Source: Amphiscolops sp. MND2022
Lineage: Eukaryota
Direction: 5' to 3'
Assembly (NCBI GenBank): GCA_964187785.1
Contig: OZ076409.1
Span: forward strand, 25,670,001 to 25,734,000
DNA: 64,000 bases
The notes under the pieces: generated by a model
The model's input: only the letters and a program-made list of their open reading frames with translations
Databases searched by the model: none
Told to the model about the DNA's origin: nothing
Shown here: positions 63,150-64,000 of the stretch, piece by piece
Position numbering within the stretch: the first letter of the stretch is position 1
Layout of the letters: each line of letters starts with the position of its first letter
Made by a program: the position numbers and the translations under genes

Positions 63150-63900
63150 GAGAAACATTGTGTCCGTTTTTTGTCATGTTTGTACAATGTTTGGATGTTT
63201 TTGTCGGTATAAGCTCAACTACATCGTTAATTTGTTTCATTGCTCAACCCAGTTTTGTTTTTCTGACATCAGATTTCATTTAATTGAAGAATTCGGCCAC
63301 ATCATAAATGCTGGACATTTCTGCAAGTTTTTGGAAATTTTCATAATTCAAAAAATCTCATTTATGAAAATCTATAGACGTGATGTAATTTCTGTTTGTG
63401 ACAATGGGTTATACCATACTTATTATGAAATTCCAAGATGAACAACAAGATGTGGCACTTACAAAAACGAAGTTTTCTGTTGTCAGTGATGAGAGGCAAA
63501 CATTCCGTAATGAGTCCATTTATAGTTTGTCAAGACTCGTTTTCTTCCGGTTGAGACAGAAATTTGTGGGTCCAGAAGAATATGATAACTGAGAGAAATA
63601 CTAGGAATAGACTACATAAGATGCACGCAGCAGCGTAAGAAAAATTAAAACCCATTTTTAAATTTCTGGGAATCAACAAAGATCTTTGGTAGAAGAATTT
63701 TCTAGCATTCTTTGGTCTACTATTCGCATTCTTCGATGAGGCGAATTTTCAGAGATACATGTAAATTTAAACGGGTTGAGTGATTGCTAATTTACTGCAT
63801 CCAAACCGTGAGAAACTGGTAACTGCGTTATAAAGTGTACTCGTTAGTTAGGAAGGCTGCTCCTAACAACCAGTCAAGGACTTTTGCGCATCATTTCAGA
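63150..63900 (-). pseudogene. Possible degenerate hAT transposase C-terminus
   Basis: Minus-strand scraps AEFFN*MK...GLSNETINDVVEL resemble the hAT dimerisation motif (ERxFSxMK...RL..ETL); frame-broken. Confidence 0.25.
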
Positions 63901-64000
63901 GGGTACCACGTGAGATCAACGTTTGATGAAGGCGTGGAAAGGTGGGTTTTACCTGAAATTAAGCACATGGGTGGGGTAAAATAGAAACTGAAAAATTGAA

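Overview
AT-rich eukaryotic (probably invertebrate animal) DNA made almost entirely of transposons and repeats; no convincing host housekeeping gene. The centrepiece is a complete 16.2-kb Ty3/gypsy LTR retrotransposon (22718-38889; 5-bp TSD CTATC; ~1.6-kb LTRs; PBS; PPT) with an unusual gene set. About 187 codons of gag lie inside the LTR and read through the PBS. A -1 slippery site joins gag to pol. Between pol and the 3' LTR is a ~1,190-codon antisense gene with four frame-consistent GT-AG introns, encoding a BED-like zinc finger and what looks like a catalytically dead hAT transposase fold. A divergently oriented sense ORF with SIM-like motifs runs through the PPT into U3. A second, 5'-truncated gypsy element (~12220-20364) carries macrodomain-like repeats after integrase and a large extra SGNH/GDSL-like ORF. 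Also present: a tandem triplication (43539-56108) ending in a solo LTR of another 'gag-in-LTR' family, an intact orphan CCCH zinc-finger ORF, nested MITEs (CACTA/EnSpm-, Mutator/foldback- and piggyBac-like), a Helentron/DINE-like dispersed repeat family, a 182-bp palindrome and degenerate gypsy/LINE/hAT remnants. All domain calls are by eye, not by database search.
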